Assembly (NCBI RefSeq): GCF_006345805.1 | Contig: NC_042998.1 | Span: 117,986,001-118,050,000, forward strand | Length of the DNA stretch: 64,000 nt | Reading direction: 5' to 3' | Origin: Octopus sinensis | Lineage: Eukaryota | Part shown: positions 1 through 14,029 of the stretch, one piece after another | Position numbering within the stretch: position 1 is the stretch's first letter | Layout: each line of letters starts with the position of its first letter | Translations under genes and position numbers: made by a program | The notes under the pieces: generated by a model | Databases searched by the model: none | Seen by the model: only the letters and a program-made list of their open reading frames with translations | What the model was told of the DNA's origin: nothing

Positions 1-1003
1 ACGCTGTCCATTCCTCTCTGGATCGCGCCTTTCTCATCCACGTGATCCCAATCGTCCTCCTGAAATCGTAACTCCACCGTCGGGGAGGACTTCCGGGTGG
101 TCTTATCCGCTCGCGCGGGTACCACTCGACAACTGCGTGCGTCCAGCGATTATCGGTGAGCCGGGCGACGTGTCCAGCCCACCTATACTTGCTGCGTGTA
201 TACTCTGCGATGACATCTCTCACGCCGGACTTCTTTCTGATGATCTCGCTATTTATGTGCTCTCTCAACGAGATACCCTGCATTAACCTTTCCATGGTTC
301 TTTGAGCCGTTACCAGTCTTTGCTCTTCTCTCTTTGTGGTAGCCCATGTTTCACTACCATATAACATTGCAAGCAGAACTGCACTGTTAATGAGGTTGGC
401 GCGGGTGGTCTTGTCCAACCTTCCCTTAAGCACATCCCTTATGCCATTGAACGCCTTCCATCCGGCCCTTACTCTCATTGAGATCTTCTTTTCGATATCT
501 CGGCACATATTTACTTCCTGTCACAGGTAGACATATTCCCTTACCTCCTCTATTTCATCACTGCCGATCACCATTCGACCTGTTGGTACGTTGTCTGACC
601 GCATGAACTTTGTTTTCATGCGGTTCATCTTGAGACTTACTGCAGAGCTTTTGATGTCGAGCTCCGTCAGCATGAGCTGAAGCTGATCCCTGTTTTCAGC
701 GAAACGGAGGTGGGTGAGGAGTTCGCCATTAATGTTGACACCACCTTGCCAGTCGATACCTCTGATGATCTGTTCGAGACATGCAGTGAAAAGTTTTGGG
801 GAGATTGTATCTCCTTGCTTCACTCCCTTCTCGACCGGCACTCGTATGGGTGATGACAGTAGAGCTATGTCGGTGGTGCATCCGGAATTTGCCTCTCTGA
901 GCAGCTGCACATATTGCGCTTCGACTCCTTGCCTCTGCAGCGAGTTCAGCACTGCGTTGGTTTCGACGCTATTGAAGGCATTCTCATAGTCTATAAACGC
1001 AAG
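1..1003 (-). mobile_element. RTE-clade non-LTR retrotransposon, RT and C-terminal region (defective)
   Basis: Minus strand reads CLAFIDYENAFNSVE...KGVKQGDTISPKLF...HLRFA^ENRDQL...EYVYL*QEV...LYGSETW...YRWAGHVARLTDNRWT. The catalytic DD motif after HLRFA is deleted and there is one in-frame stop. Confidence 0.9.
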
Positions 1004-1186
1004 GCAAAGATTATTCTGAACAGGTTATCACGTCGTCTCGACGAACAACAACCGAGGGAACAAGCAGGCTTCCGGAAGAACTACAGCATCAAAGCGAAAT
1101 CGACTACATCCTGGTTGATAAGCGACGTATATTACATGACGTCTCCGTCGTGACGCCATTCAACACCGGCAGCGATCATCGTCTGG
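1004..1186 (+). mobile_element. Inverted, shuffled RTE pieces: upstream RT segment, then the AP-endonuclease C-terminus
   Basis: 1004-1088 reads KIILNRLSRRLDEQQPREQAGFRKNYS. About 1090-1186 reads SEIDYILVDKRRILHDVSVVTPFNTGSDHRLV, with the IDYIL and SDH motifs of APE. Confidence 0.85.
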
Positions 1187-1204
1187 TATATATATATATA
1201 TATA

Positions 1205-1353
1205 AAATGGGACAAGAACGCAAAACACCCGGACAGCTAGGTGATACAAAAAGGGAAAAACCAACTCATCCAGATAGACGATACAAAGAAATCAAGGACG
1301 CGTTATTCGAATCTCTCCATCCTCAGTCAAGAACCGGATCATCCTCGCAATTT
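1205..1353. repeat. Unclassified ~150-bp dispersed repeat, copy 1
   Basis: Aligns by eye with 4814-4960 (aaatgggacaagaa...ccggatcatcctcgcaattt). Both copies follow a (TA)n tract. Confidence 0.8.
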
Positions 1354-1416
1354 CGGCTGATTAACCTTGAGATTACTCCAATCGGGCCAGCCCCAAGGAA
1401 AAACTAAGTTAAGAGC

Positions 1417-1535
<119 letters not shown>

Positions 1536-1616
1536 TTATAGAAAAATCAAAGTGGAAATTAGGTGTAAGAACAACAAGCAAGTATAATATCTTTTGACTC
1601 GGAAACGGAAAAGTCT

Positions 1617-1649
1617 TTTACATTTCGAGTCTACGCTCTTCGACAGAAA
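1617..1649 (-). ncRNA. Degenerate minimal HHR-like motif (CUGUCGA core) in a short repeat
   Basis: rc: ttt-ctgtcga-a-gagc gtag actc-gaaa-tg-ta-aaa. Same family as 33168. Confidence 0.35.
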
Positions 1650-4321
1650 AAAAAGAGGAAATAAATAATGAACAAAAAGGTGTTTAGTTCAGTGGCCTAA
1701 CGTAGCAATTGATTGGGAAAAAAGACTTTAAATGAAACGGAGACAACAATAAAGAGAGGTTGAATGAAGGGGAGATAATTCATGGTGATACCACAAAGAG
1801 AAGGTGCCTATACGCATGCGTATGTGAAATTGGTGTGTGTGAGTGTGTAAGTATGTATATGTGAATGGGGTAAGTGAGTGTGACGTGTGTGTCTGTGCAT
1901 GTGCGCGTGTGTATTATGTGTGTGCCTGTGTAAGGTGTGAGTGTGCGTATATAACATATGTGAGTGCGTGTGTGTAATGTGTGTGTGCGTGTGTAAAGTA
2001 CCTGTGTGTGTGTTGTGTGTTTATGCGTGCTGCATGTGTGTGCATGTGTGTATGTGTATATATTATCTGTGTTCAGGATATATGTACTTGTGTGGGTATG
2101 AGAGTATATTTATGTATGTGTGTAAATATATATGTGCTTATACTCAAACTATACGTGTACTTATATATGTATATACACATATGTGTTTTTATGAATGTAT
2201 ATTTGTTAATTGTGTTATTGTGCATGTAAGTTATAATATATGCGATAGAGGACATTTTCATTTATTTACTTGCAGGTCAGTTGCTAGCTAACATAACGTA
2301 CTTTCACATTCCCAACGTATACAAATATGTACTTCATAAAGGATATATGCGATAAACAATTTTAAAATCCAAGAAACTATTGCTAAATTTTACGTTTGAT
2401 CCTACTAGAAATATTCTCTTATATATGATATACTATTAGTACAGCGCCATTTGGTGACATGCTATTGAATATAATAATTTCGACTACGTTTAACTTACAT
2501 AAACATGGGTTACTTTGGACCATTACCTTGCATATTACAAAATTAGAAAATACTGATTAAACTATGTTGCACGAAGATAACGGAAGCAAGTCTATACATG
2601 AGTGTCAAAATGAAGAAGAGCACTCGTTTGGTATTCTCAGATGAAAAATAAAACACATGGAAATGAAAGAAAATATACAGAAAAGTTATACTAATCTTTT
2701 AAAACATCTAACCACTGTGGATGATGTAGGTAATATTTATAAATACGTTAGCCATGCTAGTTATGATATACAACTTCAATATAAAAGTTTGAAATTGATA
2801 AATTAGAGAAAAAAATTTATGAAACAACTGACAGCGTGCCGAAATCACAACCCCACTCGGAATATAACATAATATACCTACCCTGCGCACAAGTGGGACA
2901 TAGCCTGATTTTTTATGCAAAAATATGAAACAGCTCGAGTGAAACTAGGAATATGCAAACGAAATACTCAATTACTGATAAATGTAATAAAGAATTTTCA
3001 AAACGCGCGCGCAACACAGATACTTCACGCACACGTACACACATCACACACAAATACGTGGAAACGATGAAATACGAAACTGAAACAAATTGCGTTGAAC
3101 GAATAAATTCATATGACAGAGAAACATAGATGTTTAATAATACAAAATAACAACATAAAATGAAATGGGAAAAAAAGGCATGTTAAAGAGGAAAGAAACA
3201 GAAAATCTATTAACTCAATGCGAAATAATCTGCAAGACATACCAGATACATAAGGTAAAACCAAAGCTAGTGACTGCACAAAATTTCCGAAATGTGTATG
3301 CTTAGCGGCGTTAGGCGAAACTTGTAAGTGTATACTGAAAATTTTGTTGTTATAAGTAGTAATTCGCACATTTAGAAGCCCCCAAACAAACAAGATAGAC
3401 GTATAGAAAAGCACACACCCGCACTCACACAGAGGCATATTTATAGAAACGCAGTGCACAAACACATCTAAACACATTCACACAAACATTTGTTATAATA
3501 TGTATCATATATTGCAGTGTGTGACTCATTGATGTGAGCCTCAAGAATACGTTTGTGAATACAGTATTGATACAATAATATTAACATGACTCTTGACATA
3601 TTCATTGACATTTCACTTAGACTTGTCCCAATGGTTCGATCAAAATGCAACACTAGAGTTAGAAGAGATGTCGTGATTCCATTTATAATTGATTTGGACT
3701 AACTAGTCTAAGTAATTGTTTTGCTATTTCAGTGGTTGTTTTTTTCCGACAGTAAAATGTATAGCAGACAATTCTAACTTTTTAACATTTATTAGAAAAC
3801 ATTTCTAACCTGCGGTGTTCTGTTAACGCATCGAATAACTACACCGTTGGTTTTAATTACATATATTTTCATTGAAAATTTCGTGGTCGTCCAATTAATT
3901 TCGAATCTCTATCTGTAATTAAAAAACGTATGAGTTCCATAATAGCTCATTGAGCACGTAAGGATATATTATTAATGGTACGCTGATACTTCAAACACGA
4001 AATATTTTCGAAACACTTAATTTTTCTTAAAGGATTTTCTATTCGTTTTATTTGTCGTGACATTGTGAGATTATTCTATTAGAAGGAGAATGAAAACTAT
4101 TTATTTCCGAGACACTTGAATAATCATTCCAAACTCGTTTGAAATTAACTAGTTGTAATTTGATTTTATTTGAGTGCATTATTTATTGCTTTAATGCGTT
4201 GGTTCTAGAATATTTGAATGTATATTCGTATGTCTATACATCATACTGGCGAGCATTAACTTGATATGTAAATATTAAAATAATTAACAAAAGGAGGAAT
4301 CAATAAATGAATATAAATATA

Positions 4322-4371
<50 letters not shown>

Positions 4372-4813
4372 TTTAATTATATACATGCATACATACAAAA
4401 GGCACACACGTATACAGTGCTATAAATTTTATATCATATTATCAAATGTAAAACATATATTTAAACAATCGTTATATTGAGACCAGTACAAATTCGAATT
4501 TATTTCAATTATATCTTCAGTGAATGGATATGTAAGGGTTTTAACAAAATTATACAATACACATTCATACTGATGCGTCTTTTCATGAGATTATAAATAT
4601 GTCCTTTATCAAAGAGTAGTATCAGTTGTAAGATTAAAAACTACTAGGTATATATGTATGTTTGTTTGTTTCATGTAGTATGTATGCTCGTATGTATTGG
4701 TGTATGTACATATTATATTCATACATCTTTATTTATTTATTTCTCTGTAAATACAAATATAAATATATATAAGTATACAGATATACATCACATCATATAT
4801 ATATATATATACG

Positions 4814-4960
4814 AAATGGGACAAGAATGCAAAACATCAGAACAGCTAGGTGATACAAAAAGGGTCAAGAAAACATCCAGATAGACAATACAAAGAAAAC
4901 AAGGACGGGTCATTCAATGCTTTCTATCCTCAGTCAAGGACCGGATCATCCTCGCAATTT
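4814..4960. repeat. Unclassified ~150-bp dispersed repeat, copy 2
   Basis: Homologous to 1205-1353. Confidence 0.8.
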
Positions 4961-5483
4961 AGACAGGCAAACTCAGTTAACTCTTCTATTAACTCTTCAA
5001 TGATGTTGAAGAAGTATTCATCTCCAGTGAGCCATTGAAAAGGCAGATTATTTTAGGAAAGGGAGAGAATAGGCACAGGGGTGCCCGTTTATTCCAGAAA
5101 ATAAGTTGGAAGTGACATGTGCCTTTTCGTCATCAGTGTGAACTTGAAATTCAACGATTGGCAAATTTGGAGACCACCTGTAGTAGTAAACCTATACGAA
5201 TATCACACAGGCCTACTAATATAGGGGAGCTCAAAATATTGAAATTCTTGTTTATTATTGTGCCCTCTTCATTTCATTTTTCCCACACATTTTCCACGTA
5301 CTTGAAATGTCAACCGCCACTCAAACAGTAATCTGAGTTTTGAGGCCCATCTAGCCTATCACATCACTATCACAATGTAGAAACCTAGATGAATAGTTAC
5401 ACAAGTAGAGAGAAACTTCGCTGCATTTCTTCAAGCGCATTGCATTCTGAATATCAATCTCGCTCAGGCCAACTTGCATTTTA

Positions 5484-5776
5484 TCTTTTCCGGATCTCAA
5501 CCAAATAGAAAACGTTTGGAAGATTGTTGGAGATAGGGTGCGAAGGAGAAATATAAAGAACCACGATGAACGCTGGGAATTGTTGAAAAGCGAATAGAAC
5601 AATATTACTCCATCATCTTGCAAGAAATTCATTCAGTCTTGTGGCAACGGACGTCAGGAGGCCATTAATAGTAAAGGGATGTTCATAAAATATTAATAGG
5701 AAGGGTATCTTTTTTGTTCTTGTTCTATTTTTCATTGTTTTTCTAAGAGACCCTGAACATTTGGCCGTGGCAGTTT
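5484..5776 (+). mobile_element. Tc1-family transposon 3' fragment
   Basis: Reads SFPDLNQIENVWKIVG...E*NNI...EAINSKGMFIKY*, matching the SPDLNPIENLW and KG..TKY* motifs. A TIR-like end (acatttggccgtggcagt) follows. Confidence 0.75.
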
Positions 5777-5858
5777 GGAAGGCTATTTCTTTATTTTCTC
5801 CTTACTTACGAAATATCTAATTCATTCACTTGAAATGTTTACGGAATATAGATATTAT

Positions 5859-6262
5859 AGGCGCAGGAGTGGCTGTGTGGTAAGTAGCTTGCTAACCAAC
5901 CACATGGTTCCGGGTTCAGTCCCACTGCGTGGTATCTTGGGCAAGTGTCTTCTGCTATAGCCCCAGGCCGACCAATGCCTTGTGAGTGGATTTGGTAGAC
6001 GGAAACTGAAAGAAGCCTGTCGTATATATGTATGTGTGTATGTGTGTGTGTGTTTGTGTATCTCTGTTTGTCCCCCTAGCATTGCTTGACAACCGATGGT
6101 GTGTTTACGTCCCCGTCACTTAGCGGTTCGGCAAAAGCGACCGATAGAATAAGTACTAGGCTTACAAATAATAAGTCCCGGGGTCGATTTGCTCGACTAA
6201 AGGCGGTGCTCCAGCATGGCCGCAGTCAAAATGAATGAAACAAGTAAAAGAGTAAAAGAGTA
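5859..6262 (+). mobile_element. tRNA-derived SINE (family A)
   Basis: A-box-like tggctgtgtgg and B-box-like gggttcagtccc, an internal (TG)n tract and a gagtaaaa tail. Sister copies at 7816, 25872 and 44931. Confidence 0.85.
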
Positions 6263-6899
6263 TTAGATGTATCTTAATATATCTGAAATATCTAGTCTCA
6301 ACGTTTTGTTAATCTGTTATAATTCAATATACACTTGTCGTTACTGAGCCTTATATTATGGCCACTACTGAACAAGATTGTTAAGCACGAAGCTTAACAA
6401 TGTTGTTATCGTGCAATACCTGTGCAAGATTTTTTTTTTAAGTGAGAAAAGGCTGTGCACCGAGTCAATTCCACTCACTAAGCAAAAACAGCCATAAACC
6501 GAAAAGAAGAACAAAGCAACGTCATCGATAACCACTGAGCCGCAGGTTTTATGTCAGAGTTATCCCAGTTACTTGAGTTGCCTTCTCCTAGACGGATACC
6601 CTAACAAAGGCTAGGAGTCAGTTCTTCACTCCCAATGATTTAACCGCGCGATCGGGTATTCAGTCCGATTATTTCTATGCCCCCGCGCATGATACAACCT
6701 TAAGCTGGAAAAGATTGATATAAGAGGAGAAAAAAGAACATACGATATATAAAAAAGAACATTGATATACAAAATATACTTAAAATATATGGTGTAAAGT
6801 ATATAAAAATTTATATAATGAGCAAGCTATAAAAATATACAATATGTAAAAATTAGTAAGAAAAAGGCATATATACATTAAGTATACAATTACACATTT

Positions 6900-7095
6900 A
6901 TTGGATGGCCGTTGACTCTCAAGAGTTCCTTCGCCCTTTGACAGGTTTTGTTTTTCATCCCGCAGGGAGATCAATAAATATCCTCCTCACCAAGCAAGCT
7001 TGGTGGGGTTGCCGCTTTAGTCGCCGACGGCCCGACCATGCAACAGGTTGTACTAAGTTACATGTTACCAGTAGCACTCGAAAGTGACCTGACAT
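6900..7095. repeat. GC-richer unclassified repeat fragment
   Basis: Abrupt compositional shift, ending at a microsatellite. No coding motif recognised. Confidence 0.35.
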
Positions 7096-7114
7096 AATAT
7101 ATATATATACATAT

Positions 7115-7153
<39 letters not shown>

Positions 7154-7347
7154 CATACATACATACATACATACATACATACATACAGTAGCGGCCATAA
7201 GATAAGGTTCAGTAAGAACAAGTGTATATTGAAATATTTATCATAACAGATTAAAAAAACGTTCTTACTGACCCTTATAATATGGCCGCTAGTGTATATG
7301 TATGTATGTATATATATATATACTTTATTTGAAAGCAGCAGAAATTT

Positions 7348-7400
7348 AACAAAGGCTGTTACTCAGAGTTTCACGTTCCCGTTCGTCGGACAGTTTTGTT
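7348..7400 (-). ncRNA. Type I HHR-like motif, CCGACGA core
   Basis: rc: ctgt-ccgacga-acg ggaa cgt-gaaa-ctc t gag-ta-acag. All three stems pair, and stem I is extended by aacaaa/tttgtt. Confidence 0.65.
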
Positions 7401-7815
7401 AAAATAGAACAGAAATAACGATATGATCAAAACTAGTTAAAGGATACACCTTTCAAAATGGATTTGTTTCATTTGTCCTTTCAAATAACGGTCTTAAGCA
7501 TGCGATAAACAAAATAAATGAATTCAATATAAATTCATCCTATTATAAAAAAAAAGTCGAGGAAAAACCTTAATTCGAAGAGCGGATTCAAAATATATAT
7601 TGTCAATAATTATATATGAAATATAATTCTATTAATAAAATTAATATGGTAAAAATCAGAATATTTTACAATAGTATACACGCATACCAAACCATCAATA
7701 TACATACATACATCAAAATACACAGATGGATACACACAGACCATATACATTTGAAGACATATATAAGTAAGACGTAAATATACACACAAATACACATATA
7801 CGTATGTATACATAT

Positions 7816-8205
7816 TTACTCTTTTATTTATCTGTTTCAGTCATTTAACTGTGGCCATGCTGGAGCCCCGTTTTTTAGTCGAGCAAATCGATCCAATGAC
7901 TTATTCTTTGTAGGCCTAGTACTTATTCTATCCGTCTTTTTGCCTAACCGCTAAGTTACGTGGACGTAAACACACCAGCATCGGTTGTCAAGCGATGTTG
8001 GGGGGGGGACAAACACACACATATATATATATGCATATACATATACACGACGGGCTTCTTTCAGTTTCCGTCTACCAAATCCGCTCACAAGGCTTTGGTC
8101 GGCTCGAGGCTATAGTAGAAGACACTTGCCCAAGGTGCCACGCAGTGGGATTGAACCCGGAACCATGTGGTTGGTAACAAGCAACTTACCACACAGCCAC
8201 TCTTA
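7816..8205 (-). mobile_element. tRNA-derived SINE (family A)
   Basis: Reverse complement of the 5859-6262 family over its full length. Confidence 0.85.
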
Positions 8206-8339
8206 CCCGCATGCACAAATCACTTGGTGTATACATATAGACTAGAAGTAAAACGCAGAGAGGGGGGAGAAAAAGAAAAAGAAAACGTAAGGATCTTATA
8301 AGCAACAGTTAGCTAAAGAAGTGTCTAAGAGAAGGGGAT

Positions 8340-8535
8340 AAGCGCGTAAAGTTAAAGGACTCTATACAAGTAACGCACCCTCAATGCTGGGAAGATGGTA
8401 TTTTCGAGTTAAAGGAAAGATGGAGACGCATTAAGCAACAAAATTGTTCATATCTGGTTGACTAAAAATGTAATGGCAAGTATTTATTGACCTTTTTCTT
8501 TTCTTTAAAAATTGGCTCGAACTTTCCGGACAACC

Positions 8536-8540
<5 letters not shown>
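8340..8540 (+). mobile_element. mariner 3' fragment with TIR
   Basis: Reads WEDGIFELKERWRRIKQQNCSYLVD*, then the TIR-like aactttccggacaacccac and TA. Confidence 0.65.
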
Positions 8541-8594
<54 letters not shown>

Positions 8595-9989
8595 CATACC
8601 TATTTTAAGTGTGTGTGTGCGTGCGCGTGTATATGTATATCTATATTGTACGCATGTATATATGGTTTTCTTTTAGGAAATGCTAGATTATATACATAAA
8701 GCCACAAAATACTAACATTGGTGGATAAAGGTTCTATCAGCATTAGAATATCTAAAGACAAATTCCATCTGAATATTGAATAGGATTTGCGCTAAGGTAA
8801 ACAAAATTTAGTGAATAGTGTATCCTATTCTTCAAAAGACTCTATGGATTCTTTATCGAATTTTCATTTTACAATAACATGATATAGATAATCAAATGCC
8901 TGCCAACAATTTTAAAATGAACAAGAGTATATTTGTTGCATTGATGAATATGATTAGCAATCTGTATGCAGTGTTTCAAAGATAAGAACAGATATATTGA
9001 TGCATACACAGTCACGCACACTTAATATGTGCGTATACATGTGTGTGTGTGTGTGTGTGTGTGAGTGTGTGTACAAACATAACATATACACAGTTACACA
9101 CATCACTTCTGGCCAATTATTCGCCTTCAGAATTACGTTTTTAATTATAGATACATACAGATAAACAATAAGTAGAAAAACAATGTATGTATATTAAGCA
9201 TAGTTGATATGTAGAATACTGAATAGTATTCTTAATGCCGCAAGTAAGTTTCTGTGAGTTCAATAACTGATTTATATATGCTTCCCTTAAACCAAACATC
9301 ACACACCCACACACGCATACTCACACACATAAAACACATATACAAAGGCACATACACAGATGTATACACTCATAAATTTATGTATTCATGTATGTATGAA
9401 TATAGAAAGTGAGATATTCCTTGTGCAAGAACTAATTTTATAAGACACGAAAAATATTATTTACTATTTCAGACACATTTCTGAATTTAATACCACATTT
9501 TGAAAATTTGACATGATGACTTATAATAATAGCACCGTTCACTCGAAGCAAAATCTCGGACTTAACTAGACTTATAATCAGAATAAATGGCACAAATATA
9601 GGCATTATGACACATACACACGTAAATTGATTTTTATTTATCGAGGATAGAGATATATCTTCCGCCCAGTCAATGAATTCGTATCTGCTGAAATGCTAGT
9701 TCCCTCAGCCACACCTTGCTTGACAAATTTTAATCAAAATTAAGTTAACACCAACCACGCGCACACCTCCACTGGCACCAGCATAATATCATTTCAATTA
9801 TATTTTCTTTTTTTCTTTGAATAGTTTTAAGTTCTTTTATATTTAATCCAAAACATTCCAGCAAGATTCTTTTCCTCCTAATCTTACTTCATTTATTAGT
9901 CATCTACATTATTATTATGACATCTCATATCCACTTGCATTGACATCTCCGGCCTTGACCGTAAATCAGTAGCATAAACAACAACTACT

Positions 9990-10090
9990 ACTATTACTGT
10001 TACTCTTGGCGTTGCTGTTGTTGTGGTAGTTGTCGCCGTCGTCGTCGTTGTTGATGTTGTTGTTGCTGCTGCTGTTACTGTTAATGTTAA
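9990..10090. repeat. Mixed trinucleotide repeat (GTT/GTC/GCT)
   Basis: Direct reading. Confidence 0.85.
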
Positions 10091-11514
10091 TGTACCCTTG
10101 AGGACCCGAAAAGGTAAACGCAAATCGAACAATAATCTTAGCAAAATAATATGGTGATGCGAGCAAATGACAGTGGTGCCTTTAAGTAATGATTCCGCAA
10201 CAGCAAACCCATCTGCAGTTACGCTAGTAATATTAAAGCATTATCCCTATAACCACCAGCTCCACTATCACAACGGCCGCCATCAAAAGAACAGGCGCAT
10301 GCAAAATCGCATGAATACCAACACTTCAGAACACATTCCCCAACACGAACTAAAAGCAAGGACATCTTAGTCTGCCATAAGTACAAACAATACAAATCTA
10401 ACGGATCATATACAGTAAAATACAAGCATTTCAAAAAATGACTACATCACGAATAACATACTATCGCACACAAAAATCTTTCATGCGCTGTAATATAAAT
10501 TCATCTTAAATATAGGAGACTTCAGTGGAAATCTAAGCGAAATTCTATATAATGATCTACTCGTGGTAACACCCACAGCATGTCGACCATAGGAATGATA
10601 TCAGTGAACCTTTCTCACTTCTCTTTTCCTTATCAACATAACAAGCATTCCATCATTGTACCAAAACAAACAAGTTTAATTTTTTCCATCAAGTTGAATT
10701 CTTCCATCCAATATTTACATGATTATTGCATTTATATGCTTCGAAATCCAATACCAAAAATGGAATCGATCATACTATACAACAGTCCTCGTGATTCCAA
10801 GCCATTTGTCTTTTGAAAAACCTGGTGGGGACTAAAACAAAACGGTACAAATATAGTAACAGCCTTACGGATTCGAGCTAAAAGGTAGGTTAGAATTTGG
10901 GCGACAGCATCATTGCAAATGAATGTATTTTAGAGTATTGTGTGGGTGTTTGCATGTATGTGGCTGTTGTATGTGTAAGAAAATTGTTGATAAATGGTCG
11001 ACAAGAGAACATGCACAGCCATTAATTTCTTGAGCGTATAAATATATAACCTGTTACATTGCACATTCTGGTTGCGTATTCTCGTCATAAATATGCAGTT
11101 TATATGAGGGCATATGTGAGCCAGGCAGTATATTTTATGTTAATTTACATCGAAAATATTCCAGCTTCTCAACACATCAATGTTCATGTAATTCTGTTAT
11201 TGAATAGATTGAAACTCTTTGTATCATGTTAAAACGGTGGGGTGGGTTAAATCGCATGGCGTAATCAGTAAAGCAGTTGCCTTGAATATAACACATAACT
11301 GTTCTCGTGAAAATGCAAGTTTCATTTTTATCTGAAACGCGTAAATATTTATTTACATCGATGTGTCTGCCAACATTCTAATGTGTTTTTCACCCATATA
11401 TGTGTATTTGTGCGTATACGTGTGTATGTGTTTGTGTGTGTATGTTTGTGTGTGTTTGTGTTCATGTGAGCCTTTGTGTGTATTTTATCCTATCACAGAT
11501 ATTTACACTGTTGA

Positions 11515-11765
11515 TGTGTGATTGCCAACTACATATTTCGAGTTCAGTCCCATCCTGACCTTAGACTTGTAAGTGGATCCATTACACGGACAATGAAAGA
11601 AGCCCTACGTATATATAAGTCTATACATGTGGGGGTGCGTGTGTGTCTGTTTCTGCGTGTCTGTGTAACAGAGTGTTTGTGTTTGAGTCTGTAATTCACC
11701 AATGGTCGGTAACTGACTTTGGGTTGTTTATGTCTCCGTAACTTAGTGGTTTAGCAAAGAGATGG
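11515..11765 (+). mobile_element. Degenerate family A SINE
   Basis: Retains gagttcagtccca, gtaagtggat, gaaagaagcc and taacttagtggtttagcaaa blocks of family A. Confidence 0.5.
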
Positions 11766-14029
11766 ACTGTGACATTTAAATAAAAGGAAAATATGTCACT
11801 ACTGACATTGATTTTTTTTCGACCAAAACCCTTCAGCTATATATATATATACATACATATACATACATATACATGTATGTGTTTGTGTATGTGTATTATA
11901 TATGCAGATATGTGTGTATATGTATATATAAAAGCATACATATACGTGTGTGTATACATTTTTGTATGTGAGTGTGTGTACGTATATGTATGTATTAATG
12001 GCAGCCTAATTTCGGTCATGCGATAGAGACAATAAAAATACAACATGGCGCATGTAGATAAGCGGAGAATGAGGATCGTCAAGAAACAAAATAAATACGA
12101 ACTTATCCTAATAGTATATTTCATCCATTATATAATGTTTATGTCTTTAATAAATCTTTTTGTTAGAATTATTCGATACTCATGTTCCAAACAATAGTTT
12201 AAGCGCTATAAATCTATGACAATAGATATGTTGAAATATTCCGTAATTAAATATGGTAATGATGATGATTATTGGGAGAAAATTACACTCTGTAACTGTA
12301 ACACGCTATTGAATGATGAAAAAATCAACTAAAATCCAGAAAGATTGCTGTTCTGAATAATAATGATGCACCACGAAAAGAACTTTAGCATTATCTTTAT
12401 TTCTTCAACGATGACATTTAAATGTAATAAACAGCAGCTATATGGTTTTTCTTTTTCACCGTATATTTTACTTTGGAACCAGCATTAAGATCTCATTATT
12501 TTCGTTTGTTATGTCAGAAAGTATTATATGAAGAAAACAAATGTAAGAAATCTTTACATGACCTTAACATTATATTAAAAGAAAAGAATTACACGAGGAA
12601 TATCACATTTCCATACATACAGAGGACTTATATTATCAAATAAAATATGTAGCAATTGTTAAGAAAAAAATATATACATTGTCTCTTCTCCGTAATCTGT
12701 AAAATACATACCTCGATTTTTAATACTAGTACAAGGCCAAATATACCAATACATGGGGGAAGAGCTGATTACACCTGTCTCGATAGTACGACTGCGGTAG
12801 TGATTTGAACTCAAAATGCAGAGAATTAAAGAAATCCTGAAAGTTATCTTCTCATACTTTCTAGAAATTCGGACGTGCAACCACACTCCGAATCAACCAT
12901 TATATACACTTTGTGGTTGTCGCAGCTGACAACTCACGTCTAAGAATTCAACTTTCACGTATCGGTTTGAAACTCGGGAACAGAAAATTCGAATAAGAAG
13001 ATTTGAGGTGCCAGATATAATGAACATGTATGTGGGTTTGTACGTTACTGTGTACATTTATACATAGGTATTTGTGTGTGCATACATATATCCACAAAAC
13101 CTTCTGAAATACGAAGATAATGTCTACGTATTTAATTTATTTATGATTAAACTCTCCTGCATCTGACAAAATATTATCAATATTCATAATTCTACCTGCC
13201 TGTGAATTGATGCGAAAAGGAAATTTTATTCATTTTAAGATGTGTAACAGGGATACTCACATTCCTTATTTGCGACGTTAGTATTACAGTTCTATGACAT
13301 TTAGTTACCTCTGTTCTGATTTCAGTACAGCATTATATATCATATGCTATCGAATTGGAGACAATGAAATATCTACGTTTACGTAACATATGCAAGTTTA
13401 ATTACAACTGAGATTCAAGGAAATGCATTGAAAATACAAATAGTAATTATCAGATACAAATAATATATTCATAAATAGTGTGTGTGTATGTGTGAGTGTA
13501 TGTGCTTGTGTATGCGTGTGTGTGTGCGTGCGCGCGCAAGTGTGTGTATAAGTGCTTCTTTGTAATAGAAAACATGATCAGCGAGAGAAAAGTGCAGGAG
13601 GAAAGTGCGAAAGTTACGACGAAAAATATAGAAAAATACTGATAGAAAAAGAGAAGACCAATGTAGATATACCCGAGATAAAAATGAAATACGAATGAAA
13701 CATGAACTTAAAAGATATATATAGTTACATAACACGTAACCGGATGGCATAAAGAAAACTATAATTATATTTATTTCTATTATCTTAATACACGTTATTG
13801 TCTTGTGGAACAATAAGAACACACAATGATTTTTTTATAAAGACAAGCACACAGTAACACATACACACACATAAATATTTGGAGGCGCACGAAGCAGCGT
13901 TGTGTGCAAACATATTTTCCATGTTCGAGTGTATCCAGTCAGAGGAATGCCTCTCGCAGTGGAAATAGTCTTGACAGAAAATAATTCTTACTAACTATAT
14001 TTGTACAAGAAGCGATGCCAATAACCAAG

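Noticed and set aside
1284-1332. CUGAGGA and ACGCGUC on the minus strand of the 150-bp repeat
   Set aside because: The flanks are direct rather than complementary, so no stem I forms. GAAA is disrupted in both copies.
5108-5145. CUGAUGA-c-GAAA...ACAUGUC on minus
   Set aside because: No stem II, and stem I is out of register.
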